64,000 nt of DNA, taken from positions 34,237-98,236 of the forward strand of contig SVQT01000001.1 of assembly GCA_015065215.1 (NCBI GenBank), in the 5' to 3' direction. Position 1 is the first letter of the stretch. Every line of letters begins with the position of its first letter. Positions 51,679 to 61,900 of the stretch are shown here, one piece after another. The notes below the pieces were generated by a model that made no database searches, was not told where the DNA came from, and was given only the letters and a program-made list of their open reading frames with translations. The DNA is from Oscillospiraceae bacterium. Its GTDB lineage: Bacteria; Bacillota; Clostridia; Oscillospirales; CAG-272. The translations under genes and the position numbers were made by a program.

Positions 51679-54441
51679 TTAGTTGCTTCCGCCATTTGCG
51701 GGGGCACCGCAGCATTTTTTGTATTTTTTGCCGCTGCCACAGGGGCACAGATCGTTTCTGCCCACCTTTTCCGCTTTTCGAACAATAATCGTGGTCTTTT
51801 TCTGCTGACCGGCTTCACCGGCAAGACCCTCTTTTAAGGGCTTGGCCACCTGCACACGCTGAGCGGTTTGGGTGCGGGGGACGGCGGAAAGCAAAACACG
51901 CACCGTCTCAGAGCGAATCTCGGCTACCATTTCCTCAAATATTTCAGAGCCCTGCAAGCGGTATTCATTCACAGGATCACGTTGCGCGTATGCCTGAAGA
52001 CCAATACTGCCCTTCAGATCATCCATAATGTCAATATGCTCCATCCAATGACGGTCAACCGTCTGTAACAGAATAGAACGCTCCACCTCACGGAAGACAT
52101 CCGCGCCAAACAATTCTTCTTTGCTATCATAAATGGCAAGTGCCTTGTCAAAGATGAAGGCCACAAGATCCTTGCTCTTCCACTTTTCCTCGGCAATTTG
52201 TTCAGGATCCAGATCGCCACTGTGCAGTAGATAGCCACTGTAGTATTTTTCCAAGCCCTCTAAATTCCAAAGATGAAAATCCTCGTCTGCGGCAAAGGAT
52301 GCAACAGTTTCCTCAATAGAGGCACGCATCATGCCACGAACGGTCTCAGAAATATCTTCGCCATTCAACACCTCCAAGCGCTGCGTGTAGATCAAATTCC
52401 GCTGTTGGTTCATCACATCGTCATAAGTCAACACATATTTTCTGCGCTTGAAGTGATTTTCTTCAATCTGCCGTTGCGCACGCTCAATCGAACCAGAAAG
52501 AATACCGGCACTGATCGGTTGATCTTCCGGCAAGCCGAGCCTGGTAACAAGATTTTTGAGTCGCTCGGTATTATGGCCGAAAATGCGCATCAGATCATCA
52601 TCCAGCGACAGGAAAAAGCGGGACTCACCGGGGTCACCCTGTCTGCCGGAACGACCGCGCAGCTGGTTGTCAATACGGCGGCTCTCATGGCGCTCGGTAC
52701 CCAGAATAAAGAGACCGCCCGCCTCGCGGACACGCTCTGCCTCGGGGGCAATCAATGCTTTGAAATGTTGATTGAGCTCCTGGAATTTCAGTCTGGCGGC
52801 ACGAATTTCCTCGTCCTCGATGTCAGCCGTGCCGGTTGCCATGGCGATGATTTCTTCAGGATAATCCATTTTGCGCATTTCATTTTTTGCCATATGCTCC
52901 GGATTGCCGCCAAGCATAATATCAGTACCGCGTCCCGCCATATTGGTAGAAATGGTCACAGCACCGTATTTACCGGCCTGCGCCACAATCTCCGCCTCGC
53001 GTTCATGATGCTTGGCGTTCAGTACATTGTGCGGAATACCGTGCTTTTTCAACCGCGCCGACAGTTCTTCTGATTTATCTACACTGACAGTACCAACCAG
53101 CACCGGCTGCCCCTTACGATAACAGGCTTCAATCTGGGCGACAATGGCATCATATTTGCCCTTCATATCACGGTAAACCACATCGTTTTGGTCAATGCGG
53201 ATCATCGGCTTATTGGTGGGGACCTCCACCACATCCAACGCATAGATCTCACGGAATTCGGTTTCCTCTGTCAGTGCCGTACCGGTCATACCGGAAAGCT
53301 TTTGATACATGCGGAAGTAGTTTTGGAAGGTAATGGTAGCAAGCGTGCGGTTTTCTTTTTGGATCTGTACCCCTTCTTTGGCCTCAATTGCCTGATGCAA
53401 GCCGTTGGAATACCGGCGGCCGGGCATAATGCGACCGGTAAAGGAGTCGACGATCATCACGCCGTTCTCGTTTACCACATAGTCCACGTCACGCTTCATG
53501 ACGCCGTGCGCGTGAATGGCCTGCTTTACATGGTGGGCAAATGTAGAATTTTCCGGATCGTTGAGATTGTCAATCCCGAAAAATTCTTCTGCCTTTTTCG
53601 CGCCTTGAGGGGTCAGAATGGCGTTTCTATCCTTTTCATCGACCAGATAGTCCACTTCCACTCCGTCGGTTTCCTCTTTGTTATCCACCTCTTTGCGCAC
53701 CAGCTTGGTCATACGGCGGACCAGCTCATTGGTGCGGTCATAAAGATCGGTCGATTTCTGCCCTGCACCGGAAATAATCAGCGGGGTACGGGCTTCATCA
53801 ATCAAAATCGAGTCTACCTCGTCTACAATGGCGAAAACATGCTTTCTTTGCACCATATCCTTTTTATAGACCACCATGTTGTCACGCAGATAGTCAAAGC
53901 CAAACTCATTATTGGTGCCATAGGTAATATCCGCGGCATAGGCAGCCTGCTTTTCGGCAGGGGTCAAGCCGTGAACGATCAAGCCGGTAGAAAGGCCCAT
54001 AAAAGCATAAACACGCCCCATCTCCTCGCTATCACGGCGAGCCAGGTAATCGTTCACGGTAACCACGTGTACCCCTTCACCGGTCAATGCGTTCAGATAG
54101 GCCGGCATCGTTGCCACCAACGTTTTACCTTCACCGGTCTTCATTTCAGCAATACGTCCCTGATGCAAAATGATACCGCCAAGAAGTTGAACATAGAACG
54201 GTCGTTTGCCAAGCACGCGGTCATCCGCCTCCCGAACAGCGGCAAACGCGTCACACAAGATGTCGTCAAGCGTCTCTCCGTTTTGCAATCTGTTCTTTAA
54301 CACAATGGTCACGCCTGCCAATTCCTCGTTGCTCATAGCAGCGTATTTCGGCGCCAACGCTTCAATGGCATCGGCTACTTTTTTCAACTTTTTTATTTGA
54401 CGGTCACTATAGGAACCGAAGATTTTACGAAAAATTCCCAC
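51679..54441 (-). CDS. secA: Preprotein translocase ATPase SecA
   Basis: Walker A (MKTGEGKT), DEVDSILIDEARTPLIISG, preprotein cross-linking and helical scaffold domains, and C-terminal zinc motif CPCGSGKKYKKCCG. GTG start follows GGAGG. Confidence 0.96.
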   Translation of the reverse strand: MGIFRKIFGSYSDRQIKKLKKVADAIEALAPKYAAMSNEELAGVTIVLKNRLQNGETLDDILCDAFAAVREADDRVLGKRPFYVQLLGGIILHQGRIAEMKTGEGKTLVATMPAYLNALTGEGVHVVTVNDYLARRDSEEMGRVYAFMGLSTGLIVHGLTPAEKQAAYAADITYGTNNEFGFDYLRDNMVVYKKDMVQRKHVFAIVDEVDSILIDEARTPLIISGAGQKSTDLYDRTNELVRRMTKLVRKEVDNKEETDGVEVDYLVDEKDRNAILTPQGAKKAEEFFGIDNLNDPENSTFAHHVKQAIHAHGVMKRDVDYVVNENGVMIVDSFTGRIMPGRRYSNGLHQAIEAKEGVQIQKENRTLATITFQNYFRMYQKLSGMTGTALTEETEFREIYALDVVEVPTNKPMIRIDQNDVVYRDMKGKYDAIVAQIEACYRKGQPVLVGTVSVDKSEELSARLKKHGIPHNVLNAKHHEREAEIVAQAGKYGAVTISTNMAGRGTDIMLGGNPEHMAKNEMRKMDYPEEIIAMATGTADIEDEEIRAARLKFQELNQHFKALIAPEAERVREAGGLFILGTERHESRRIDNQLRGRSGRQGDPGESRFFLSLDDDLMRIFGHNTERLKNLVTRLGLPEDQPISAGILSGSIERAQRQIEENHFKRRKYVLTYDDVMNQQRNLIYTQRLEVLNGEDISETVRGMMRASIEETVASFAADEDFHLWNLEGLEKYYSGYLLHSGDLDPEQIAEEKWKSKDLVAFIFDKALAIYDSKEELFGADVFREVERSILLQTVDRHWMEHIDIMDDLKGSIGLQAYAQRDPVNEYRLQGSEIFEEMVAEIRSETVRVLLSAVPRTQTAQRVQVAKPLKEGLAGEAGQQKKTTIIVRKAEKVGRNDLCPCGSGKKYKKCCGAPANGGSN

Positions 54442-54540
54442 GAAAGGCCTCCAAAAACATAATAATAAATTTATTATACTACATTATAAGAAAAAATGCT
54501 ATACCTAAAGAAAAAAATTTGCAAATTGTTTTGCAATCCC

Positions 54541-54569
54541 TTGCGCAAACCGAAAAAATCGGCTATAAT
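54541..54569 (+). promoter_or_regulatory. SigA-type promoter for trmL-mnmA
   Basis: TTGCGC (54541-54546), 17-nt spacer, TATAAT (54564-54569). Confidence 0.55.
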
Positions 54570-54597
54570 GAAAAAAGAACACGCGCAAGGAGACGTT

Positions 54598-55098
54598 ATG
54601 CCGCACATTCATATTGTATTGCATGAGCCCGAAATTCCACAAAACACCGGCAATATTGCCCGTACGTGTGCCGCCACCGGCGCCTCTTTACATCTCATTC
54701 GCCCCATGGGCTTTACCGTAGATGACAAAAAGCTGAAACGCGCCGGGCTGGATTATTGGGATAAATTGGATATTACCTATTACGACGGTCTGGATGACTT
54801 TTACAGCAAGCATCCCGACGTTAACATCTACTACTTCACCACCAAGGGCAAACGGATTTACACCGAGGTGGCTTACCCCGACGAAGTTTTTATCATGTTC
54901 GGTAAGGAAAGCGCTGGCTTACCCGAGGAACTGCTCTATCAACACCCAGAAGAAGCTGTGCGCATCCCGATGCGTGCGCATTTACGTAGCTTAAATCTTT
55001 CCAACTCGGTGGCGATCGCCGTTTTTGAGATCCTGCGACAGCACAATTTCGCAGGACTTTGCGGCGAAGGGCACCTCACCAAATACAATTGGGAATAA
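54598..55098 (+). CDS. trmL: tRNA (cytidine/uridine(34)-2'-O)-methyltransferase TrmL
   Basis: IVLHEPEIPQNTGNIARTCAATG, FGKESAGLP and LNLSNSVAIAVFE SpoU motifs. ~166 aa from ATG 54598 (AAGGAG RBS). Confidence 0.85.
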   Translation: MPHIHIVLHEPEIPQNTGNIARTCAATGASLHLIRPMGFTVDDKKLKRAGLDYWDKLDITYYDGLDDFYSKHPDVNIYYFTTKGKRIYTEVAYPDEVFIMFGKESAGLPEELLYQHPEEAVRIPMRAHLRSLNLSNSVAIAVFEILRQHNFAGLCGEGHLTKYNWE

Positions 55099-55102
55099 AC
55101 CG

Positions 55103-56155
55103 ATGAAGCCAAACAGTATTATGATTGCCATGAGCGGCGGTGTCGATAGCGCGGTGGCGGCCTATCTTGCCTCAACAGAGTGTAACGCCGCCGGTGTGAC
55201 CATGCGCTTGCTCACAGATAACATCGGCAGCAAAGAAAGCGCTGACGCGGATGAACAGGGCGCCGCTAAGGTCTGCCGCTTATTGGGAATCCCCCATTTT
55301 GTGGCCGATCTCGGCCACGCTTTTCGTCAAGCGGTGGTCGACCCGTTTATCGCCGCTTACGAGAGAGGCGATACGCCAAACCCTTGCATTTTCTGCAATA
55401 AAGCGATCAAATTCGGCGCTTTATTGGATTTTGCAATCAAATGCGGCTATGACAAGATTGCCACCGGACACTATATTCGTTTGGAACGAACGGCGGACCG
55501 CACACTGCTTCGTCGCGCGGCGGATGACAGCAAGGATCAAACCTATATGCTCTGGTCGCTTACGCAGGATGTACTTTCCAAATGTGAATTTCCGCTTGGC
55601 CAGCTGACCAAAACCGAGGTGAGAACCATTGCCGCCACGCAAAATTTCCCCATGGCCGCGCGCAAGGACAGCCAAGACATCTGCTTTGTGCCGGACGGTG
55701 ACTATGCGGCCTTTATTGCGCGCGTCACTGGCAAAACGCCGGTCCCCGGCTATTATATCGATCGCGACGGCAGAATTCTCGGTCAACACGCGGGGCAATT
55801 GCATTATACCGTTGGCCAGCGCAAGGGACTTGGCATCGCATTGGGCAAGCCTGCCTTTGTTACCGCTAAATCCGCCAAGGATAATACCGTAACACTTGGC
55901 GAGCATGAAGAACTTTTCACCACGCGCTTGGTAGCCAAAAACATTAATTTGATCCCCTTTGACCGTTTGGAGCGCCCCCGCAAAATGCTTGCAAAAGCCC
56001 GTTACCGCCAAACGGCGGCACCGGCAACCGTTACACAGCTTGACGAAAACACACTTGTGGTAGAATTTGAAACCGCGCAACGCGCCATCTGCCCCGGACA
56101 ATCGCTTGTTCTTTATGAAGACGATTATCTGGTTGGGGGTGGCTTCATCGTGTAA
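55103..56155 (+). CDS. mnmA: tRNA 2-thiouridine(34) synthase MnmA
   Basis: PP-loop AMSGGVDSAVAA, CNKAIKF, ATGHY and KDQTYML motifs. Confidence 0.92.
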   Translation: MKPNSIMIAMSGGVDSAVAAYLASTECNAAGVTMRLLTDNIGSKESADADEQGAAKVCRLLGIPHFVADLGHAFRQAVVDPFIAAYERGDTPNPCIFCNKAIKFGALLDFAIKCGYDKIATGHYIRLERTADRTLLRRAADDSKDQTYMLWSLTQDVLSKCEFPLGQLTKTEVRTIAATQNFPMAARKDSQDICFVPDGDYAAFIARVTGKTPVPGYYIDRDGRILGQHAGQLHYTVGQRKGLGIALGKPAFVTAKSAKDNTVTLGEHEELFTTRLVAKNINLIPFDRLERPRKMLAKARYRQTAAPATVTQLDENTLVVEFETAQRAICPGQSLVLYEDDYLVGGGFIV

Positions 56156-56176
56156 AATGTTGAAAAGGAGAAAAAC

Positions 56177-56410
56177 ATGAAATTTCTGATTGCACTCAAA
56201 ACCATCTTTATCACCGGCACCCTTGCCATGCTGGCAGGTGGCGTTTTTGTCGTCATCAACCAGCTGGTCTCCCCAATCTTCCATCCGGCCCTTCTCACCG
56301 CGCTGATTGTATTTGGCAGCATTGGCATTTTCTGCGGCATAGGCTGGTATAATCTGAAAGAGAAAAAGAAAGCCGCTAAGATCGAAGAAGAAACCATTGA
56401 AAAACAATAA
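56177..56410 (+). CDS. Small membrane protein (77 aa, two TM helices, Lys/Glu tail)
   Basis: AAAGGAG RBS 7 nt upstream of the ATG. Followed directly by a terminator. Confidence 0.5.
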   Translation: MKFLIALKTIFITGTLAMLAGGVFVVINQLVSPIFHPALLTALIVFGSIGIFCGIGWYNLKEKKKAAKIEEETIEKQ

Positions 56411-56416
56411 GAAAGC

Positions 56417-56460
56417 GGGGCTGTCGCGTTGAGAAGCGACAGCCCCTATTTTGTCTTTTT
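56417..56460 (+). terminator. Rho-independent terminator
   Basis: GGGGCTGTCGC (56417-56427) pairs with GCGACAGCCCC (56436-56446), followed by TATTTTGTCTTTTT. Confidence 0.85.
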
Positions 56461-56466
56461 ACAAGG

Positions 56467-58848
56467 TCAGGCAAGCAAAGCGCGCCGCCGCCAAAAAGCG
56501 TCCGAGGCCATATGCGCGGGACAGATGCGGTTATAGGGCGTTACATCCATACCAATACCAAAATTTTGCTTGGATTGATAGTTTTTGGCATAATAAGGCT
56601 CATTACTGCTTAAATATTGTTCGCTTTCACCTACACTACCGCCGTAGGTGTACGGGGCGTCCAATACTTTAATCTGCCGTGGGAAACGCCGGACAACACG
56701 TAAAAGCGCCGTGGTATAACACGTTTCCTCCGGACAAAACACTCCGGCAACACCGCCGTGCCCGCAATAGCGGACCTCCACATGACAGTTGCAGGTATCG
56801 GTTGGTTCGGTTCCCTTTTTGAAATAGCCGATTTCACAGCGATCACCTCTGGGATCACGGTAACAGGCCTCCCCCATCAGCTTACCGGAATCCTTACAAT
56901 AGCGTACCGTTACCAGTTCCCCATCGGTATCGAAATGCTGCTTTTTCACCGGTCGGATAGAGAGCGCCCTTGTCATCAGCTCATCAAAAATACGCAAGGC
57001 AGGATTTCCTCTGACATCCGCCAAGCTTTCCGGATACTCATATCCATACCACACCCCCGCAAGCAATTCAGGGGTATAGCCGATAAACCACTTGTCGCAA
57101 TTATTGCTTGAGGTACCGGTTTTCCCCGCCACATTCACCTTTTCGGTCACCGTGAGTGTTTTGGCGGTTCCGTTTACTGTGACCTGCCGCAGCAGCATGG
57201 TCATGATCGCGGCATTGTCCGCATCCAACACCCGCCGCTCAGGCGCTTCTTTCTCCAATAACACCTCGTCCTTATTATCCAGGACCTTATAAAAGCTTCG
57301 CACACCTTGATAAACACCGCCGTTGGCAAGAACCGTATAGGCGCCAAGCAGCTCTGATAGCGTCACACCTTCGCTTTGCTGCCCCAATGCCAGTGCCGCT
57401 ATTCCGGTATCCTTAGCGGGATCCAACGATCGCATACCCATTTTTTGGGTCAAAAACGCATAGGAGGCCGCAGTGCCGAGCTTTTCTAACACCGCTACAC
57501 TGACGGTATTGACCGAATGTGTTATCGCGGCATTGACATTGGTTAGCCCGCGATAAACATTCGGTGAATTTTTCGGCCAAGGCGCTCCGTCTGTTTTGAA
57601 TTGCCGGGGCACATCATCAAATACCGTCGCATAGGTGATCATCCCCTTTTCCAAAGCGGGCGCATAAACCGAAAGTGGTTTAATGACCGACCCCGACGGA
57701 CGCTTTGTGTCGGTAGCGAAATTTTGAATGCGGTTTCCGCTTTTTTCGCCAACCGCGCCTGCCACCGCCAGAATGCCTCCTGTATGCGGATCTAAAATCA
57801 TCATAGCGCTCTGCGCCTTCCGATCACCCTCATGGGTGGGAAAATGCTGGGGATCGGCATAGAATTCCTCGATTGCTTGCTGCAAAGCGGGATCAACCGT
57901 CGTATAGATCTTCAATCCGCCGCAATACACAAGTCTGCTTGCCGCCGCTTCGCTCATACCCTTTTCTTTTACCAACGCTTTGATCACATCACCAACCACA
58001 AGATCGGCAAACCAAGAGTTCACCCGACCGGACAGGGACTCTTTGTTGACGCATAAGACGGGTTCTGTGGCGATTGCTGCCTCATATCTTGCCTGATCGA
58101 TCATTCCTTGTAAATACATTTCTGTCAATATCACATCACGCCTTGCCCGATTTGCTTCCGGGTGGCGAATGGGATTATAGCGGGAGGGATTTTGCGTGAT
58201 AGCCGCGATGGTAGCCGCTTCTTCCAATGTCAAATCCTTCGGCTCTTTGGAAAAATAAGCGTTTGCCGCTGTTTTGACGCCGTAACAGTTTTCGGAAAGA
58301 TTGACCACATTCAAATATTGCTCTAAAATTTCCGCTTTGCTCATCCGTTTTTCCAATTTGGCGGCTCGGATCAATTCCGCCAGCTTTCGCTTTGCGCTGC
58401 GCTCGTTATCGCCGGTCAGATTTTTGATCAGCTGTTGGGTAATGGTGGAACCACCGAAATGGCCGCCATTTCCTTTCAAATAATCACCAATCGCTGAGCA
58501 AGTGCGCAACCAGTCAATACCGCCGTGATCGTAAAAGCGCTTATCCTCGATGGCAATAAAGGCATTTTTCAGATCCTCCGACATTTCCTCCAGCGGGCAA
58601 AACAACGCGTTTTCATAGCCGCTGACCCGGTCATTGGCAACCTCTTCAAACACGCCCGCTTCCTTTTGGTAATATAGCCTTGTGGTTCTGTCACCGGTGG
58701 CAAAAAACAAATCTTCACGAAGCATCGTATCCAACCCCGTCATCGCAAAGATGCCACCTGCCACTACCACCACCGATGAAAGGATCAATAACGACAGTGA
58801 GAAAGAAAGCAAAAACTGTAAAAAGCTCCTCGTCCTTTTTTTACACAT
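56467..58848 (-). CDS. Class A penicillin-binding protein (glycosyltransferase GT51 + transpeptidase) with a Cys-rich C-terminal extension
   Basis: GT51 motifs (AFIAIEDKRFYDHGGID, GGSTITQQL, RKLAE). Transpeptidase SxxK (PSGSVIKP), SxN and KTGT (AGKTGTS). Start at ATG 58848 or GTG 58857. Confidence 0.9.
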   Translation of the reverse strand: MCKKRTRSFLQFLLSFSLSLLILSSVVVVAGGIFAMTGLDTMLREDLFFATGDRTTRLYYQKEAGVFEEVANDRVSGYENALFCPLEEMSEDLKNAFIAIEDKRFYDHGGIDWLRTCSAIGDYLKGNGGHFGGSTITQQLIKNLTGDNERSAKRKLAELIRAAKLEKRMSKAEILEQYLNVVNLSENCYGVKTAANAYFSKEPKDLTLEEAATIAAITQNPSRYNPIRHPEANRARRDVILTEMYLQGMIDQARYEAAIATEPVLCVNKESLSGRVNSWFADLVVGDVIKALVKEKGMSEAAASRLVYCGGLKIYTTVDPALQQAIEEFYADPQHFPTHEGDRKAQSAMMILDPHTGGILAVAGAVGEKSGNRIQNFATDTKRPSGSVIKPLSVYAPALEKGMITYATVFDDVPRQFKTDGAPWPKNSPNVYRGLTNVNAAITHSVNTVSVAVLEKLGTAASYAFLTQKMGMRSLDPAKDTGIAALALGQQSEGVTLSELLGAYTVLANGGVYQGVRSFYKVLDNKDEVLLEKEAPERRVLDADNAAIMTMLLRQVTVNGTAKTLTVTEKVNVAGKTGTSSNNCDKWFIGYTPELLAGVWYGYEYPESLADVRGNPALRIFDELMTRALSIRPVKKQHFDTDGELVTVRYCKDSGKLMGEACYRDPRGDRCEIGYFKKGTEPTDTCNCHVEVRYCGHGGVAGVFCPEETCYTTALLRVVRRFPRQIKVLDAPYTYGGSVGESEQYLSSNEPYYAKNYQSKQNFGIGMDVTPYNRICPAHMASDAFWRRRALLA

Positions 58849-58896
58849 AAAAAACACCCCCGCTCAAATGCTATTCTGCATCAAAACGGGGGTGTT
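58846..58896 (-). terminator. Probable terminator after dnaE, overlapping the PBP translation start
   Basis: Minus strand: AACACCCCCG (complement of 58887-58896), 24-nt loop, CGGGGGTGTT (complement of 58853-58862), then TTTTTT. Confidence 0.5.
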
Positions 58897-58926
58897 ATGT
58901 CTGTTGCATCATGGGAAAAACGGCGG

Positions 58927-61900
58927 TTATTTCAAAACTACATTTTCTTTTCCCAGAATGGAAATCAGTTCTTGTAAGGTATAAGGAGACAGATCAAAGC
59001 CTGTTTCCATTTTGTGATAGGCGGATTGAGAAGCGTCATAGACCGATACCGGCAAAACACCTTCGAAAATATCCAAAATTGCCTTTGCTTTTCTCCATTT
59101 TGGATCATTTTCCGTCATTGTAGGCACACGCAAATAAAGAATTTTGGGATTTGGCGGTACGGTAACGCGGAGATGCTCCGCGGAAGCTACCGATTGCGTC
59201 GGCGACTGCCGCCGCGCTTCCGCTTCCGGCATAACACGGGGCGGCGCGTGATCATCCAAAAGCGGCTCCAGCACGCTGACCAAGACCTTGGGTCGTTCCT
59301 CTTCACGCACCGAAAGCTCACCGCTGACACGGATCACAGAGTCCACACGCAATGCATGGGCGTATTTGGTGTAAATTTTAGGGAAAGCCAAGCATTCGAT
59401 CTCGCCGTAACGGTCCTCCAGCGTAAAGAAGGCCATTTGCTCATCTTTTTTGGTGGTTTTACGCGTCAGATCGGTAATGATACCGGCAATGACTACCTTA
59501 CTGCGGTCAGAACGCAGAAACTCTCCGGCATCATCAGTCTTTGTCAGATCCTTGATACTCATAATGGCCGGATCTGACAGGGCCTTGGAAAACCCGTCTA
59601 ACATATGGCCGGAAAAATACATTCCTGCCGCTTCCTTTTCCTGCGCCAGCAAATCGGCCAGCTTGAATTCACGCAAGCTGGGATATTCTATCCGTGGGCG
59701 CTCTACCTGCCCTGCCGAGAACATATCCAGCTGTCCTGTCAGGTTGGAGCGGTTTTTGTTTTGCAACTGGTCAATCATCGGCTCATAAACCGCCATTAAT
59801 TGACTGCGGTAATGCCCCAGATTATCAAAAGCACCCGCCTTGATCATTGACTCGATCTGCCGTTTGTTGAGATCGTTGGAAGAAAGGCGCTCCAGAAAAT
59901 CGTCAAAAGAGCGATAAAGGCCAAAGCGTTGCCGCTCGCTTACCAGCGCTTCCAAAAAGCTTTTACCCACATTCTTCAGCGCAAGCAAACCAAATCGAAT
60001 ATGATCGCCACTGACATGAAACACCGCGTTGGATTCATTTACATCAGGGGGCAAAACACGAATGCCCCGTTTGCCGACCTCGGCAATATACTCGGCAATC
60101 TTGGGCATGTTGCCAAGCTCAGAGGTCAGTAGCGCGGCAAAATACGCTTTGGGATAATGGGCTTTGAGATATGCGGTGCGATAAGAGATGACCGCATAAG
60201 CGGCGGCATGGCTTTTATTGAAGGCATAGTGCGCAAAATCAGCCATATCATCAAAAATTGCCTCAGCCACTGACCGATCAATGCCGTTTTGGGCACAACC
60301 CGTGAGAAACGCGTCTTTTTCCGCCTCCATCACGCCTGCCTTCTTTTTAGACATGGCACGGCGCACCACATCAGCATGGCCAAAAGAATAGCCCGCCAAA
60401 ACACGAAAGATCTGCATGACCTGTTCCTGATAAACAACGCAACCGTAGGTGGAACGCAAAATCGGCTCGATCAGCGGTGTGCGATACATGATTTTATCTG
60501 GGTTTTTGCGATTTTCAATGAACCGCGGGATCGAATCCATCGGTCCCGGTCTATACAGAGCGATGGCGGCAACAATATCATCAAAGCGGGTGGGAGACAA
60601 ATTCATCAGCATCTGTCTCATGCCGCCCGACTCTAACTGAAAAATACCCGAAGTGTTCCCCTTGGCGATCAATTTATAGGTAGCGTCATCGTCAAGAGGG
60701 ATTTTTTCAATATCAAACCGCGGCTCACTTTCTCTGATCTGCAATACCGCATCGTTGATAATGGTCAGATAGCGAAGCCCCAAAAAATCAAATTTAAGCA
60801 GTCCGAGATCGGCAATCGTATCCATATCGTATTGCGTGACCACAACACCGTTGCTGGCACAAAGCGGCACATAGTCAGAAAGCGGCTTTTCGGTGATCAC
60901 GACGCCCGCGGCGTGAATCGAAATGTTGCGAGGCATTCCTTCCAACGCCATAGCGTGATCTACCAGCTTTTTGATCTCGGGGCGCTCATAAAGCGCTTTT
61001 AAATCCGGCAGCTTTAAGGCATCGGCAATCGTAATCCCCAACTCTCTCGGGATCGCCTTCGCCACCACATCCACATCGCTATACGACATCCCCAACGCTC
61101 TGCCCACATCACGAATAGCGGCTCTGGCGGCCAAGGTGCCGAAGGTAGCGATTTGCGAAACATGCTCCTTTCCATACCGTTCGGTCACATATTGGATGAC
61201 CTCTTCACGGCGGTTATAGCAAAAATCCACGTCAATATCCGGCATGCTCACACGCTCGGGGTTGAGAAAGCGCTCAAAAAGCAGATCAAAGCGAAGCGAA
61301 TCCACATCGGTAATGCCCAGGAAATACGCCACAATGCTGCCCGCGCCCGAACCACGGCCAGGACCAACCGGAATCTTTTTTGACTTAGCGAAATTCACAT
61401 AATCCTGCACGATCAAAAAATAATCCGCGTATCCCATGGTGTCGATCACAGACAGCTCATAGCGCATTCTGTTCTGATATTCTTCTCTTGTGTGATTCGA
61501 AAAATCAACAAGTCCCGCTTCAATTTTTGCCGCGAACCCCTCCTTTGCCAGTTGTGTCAGGTAGCCAAAGGAAGTCATCCCCGCGGGACAGGGGAATTTG
61601 GGCAAAAAGGTGCTTGTAAAATCAAAATCAAAACAGCAGCGCTCGGCAATTTGAACCGTGTTCTCAATAGCGCCCCTGTACCGGCCAAACAGCATCCGCA
61701 TTTCGGCGCTGTCTTTATAGTAAAACTCGTCTGTCTCAAAGCCGATAGGGCGGCCGTCCGCCAGCTGATTGTTGGTTTGGATACATAAAAGCACCGCTTG
61801 GGTCTGGGCGTCATTTCGCCGCAGATAGTGACAATCATTGGTGGCCACCATCGGCAGATCACACGCCTCGGCAAGTTTTTGCAACAAGGGCAAAATCTGT

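Noticed and set aside
51641-51748. Extended start (51748) for the 204-aa membrane protein, overlapping secA by 70 nt
   Set aside because: The extension encodes a basic, non-hydrophobic peptide read from within the secA C-terminal coding region. A strong RBS precedes ATG 51640.
52273-54300. Two long plus-strand ORFs (266 and 370 aa) inside secA
   Set aside because: They are antisense to secA, which is intact and full length. They are shadow frames.
55421-56407. 328-aa minus-strand ORF across mnmA and the small membrane gene
   Set aside because: It is antisense to mnmA, which has clear PP-loop motifs. It has no RBS and crosses an intergenic region that holds a plus-strand RBS.
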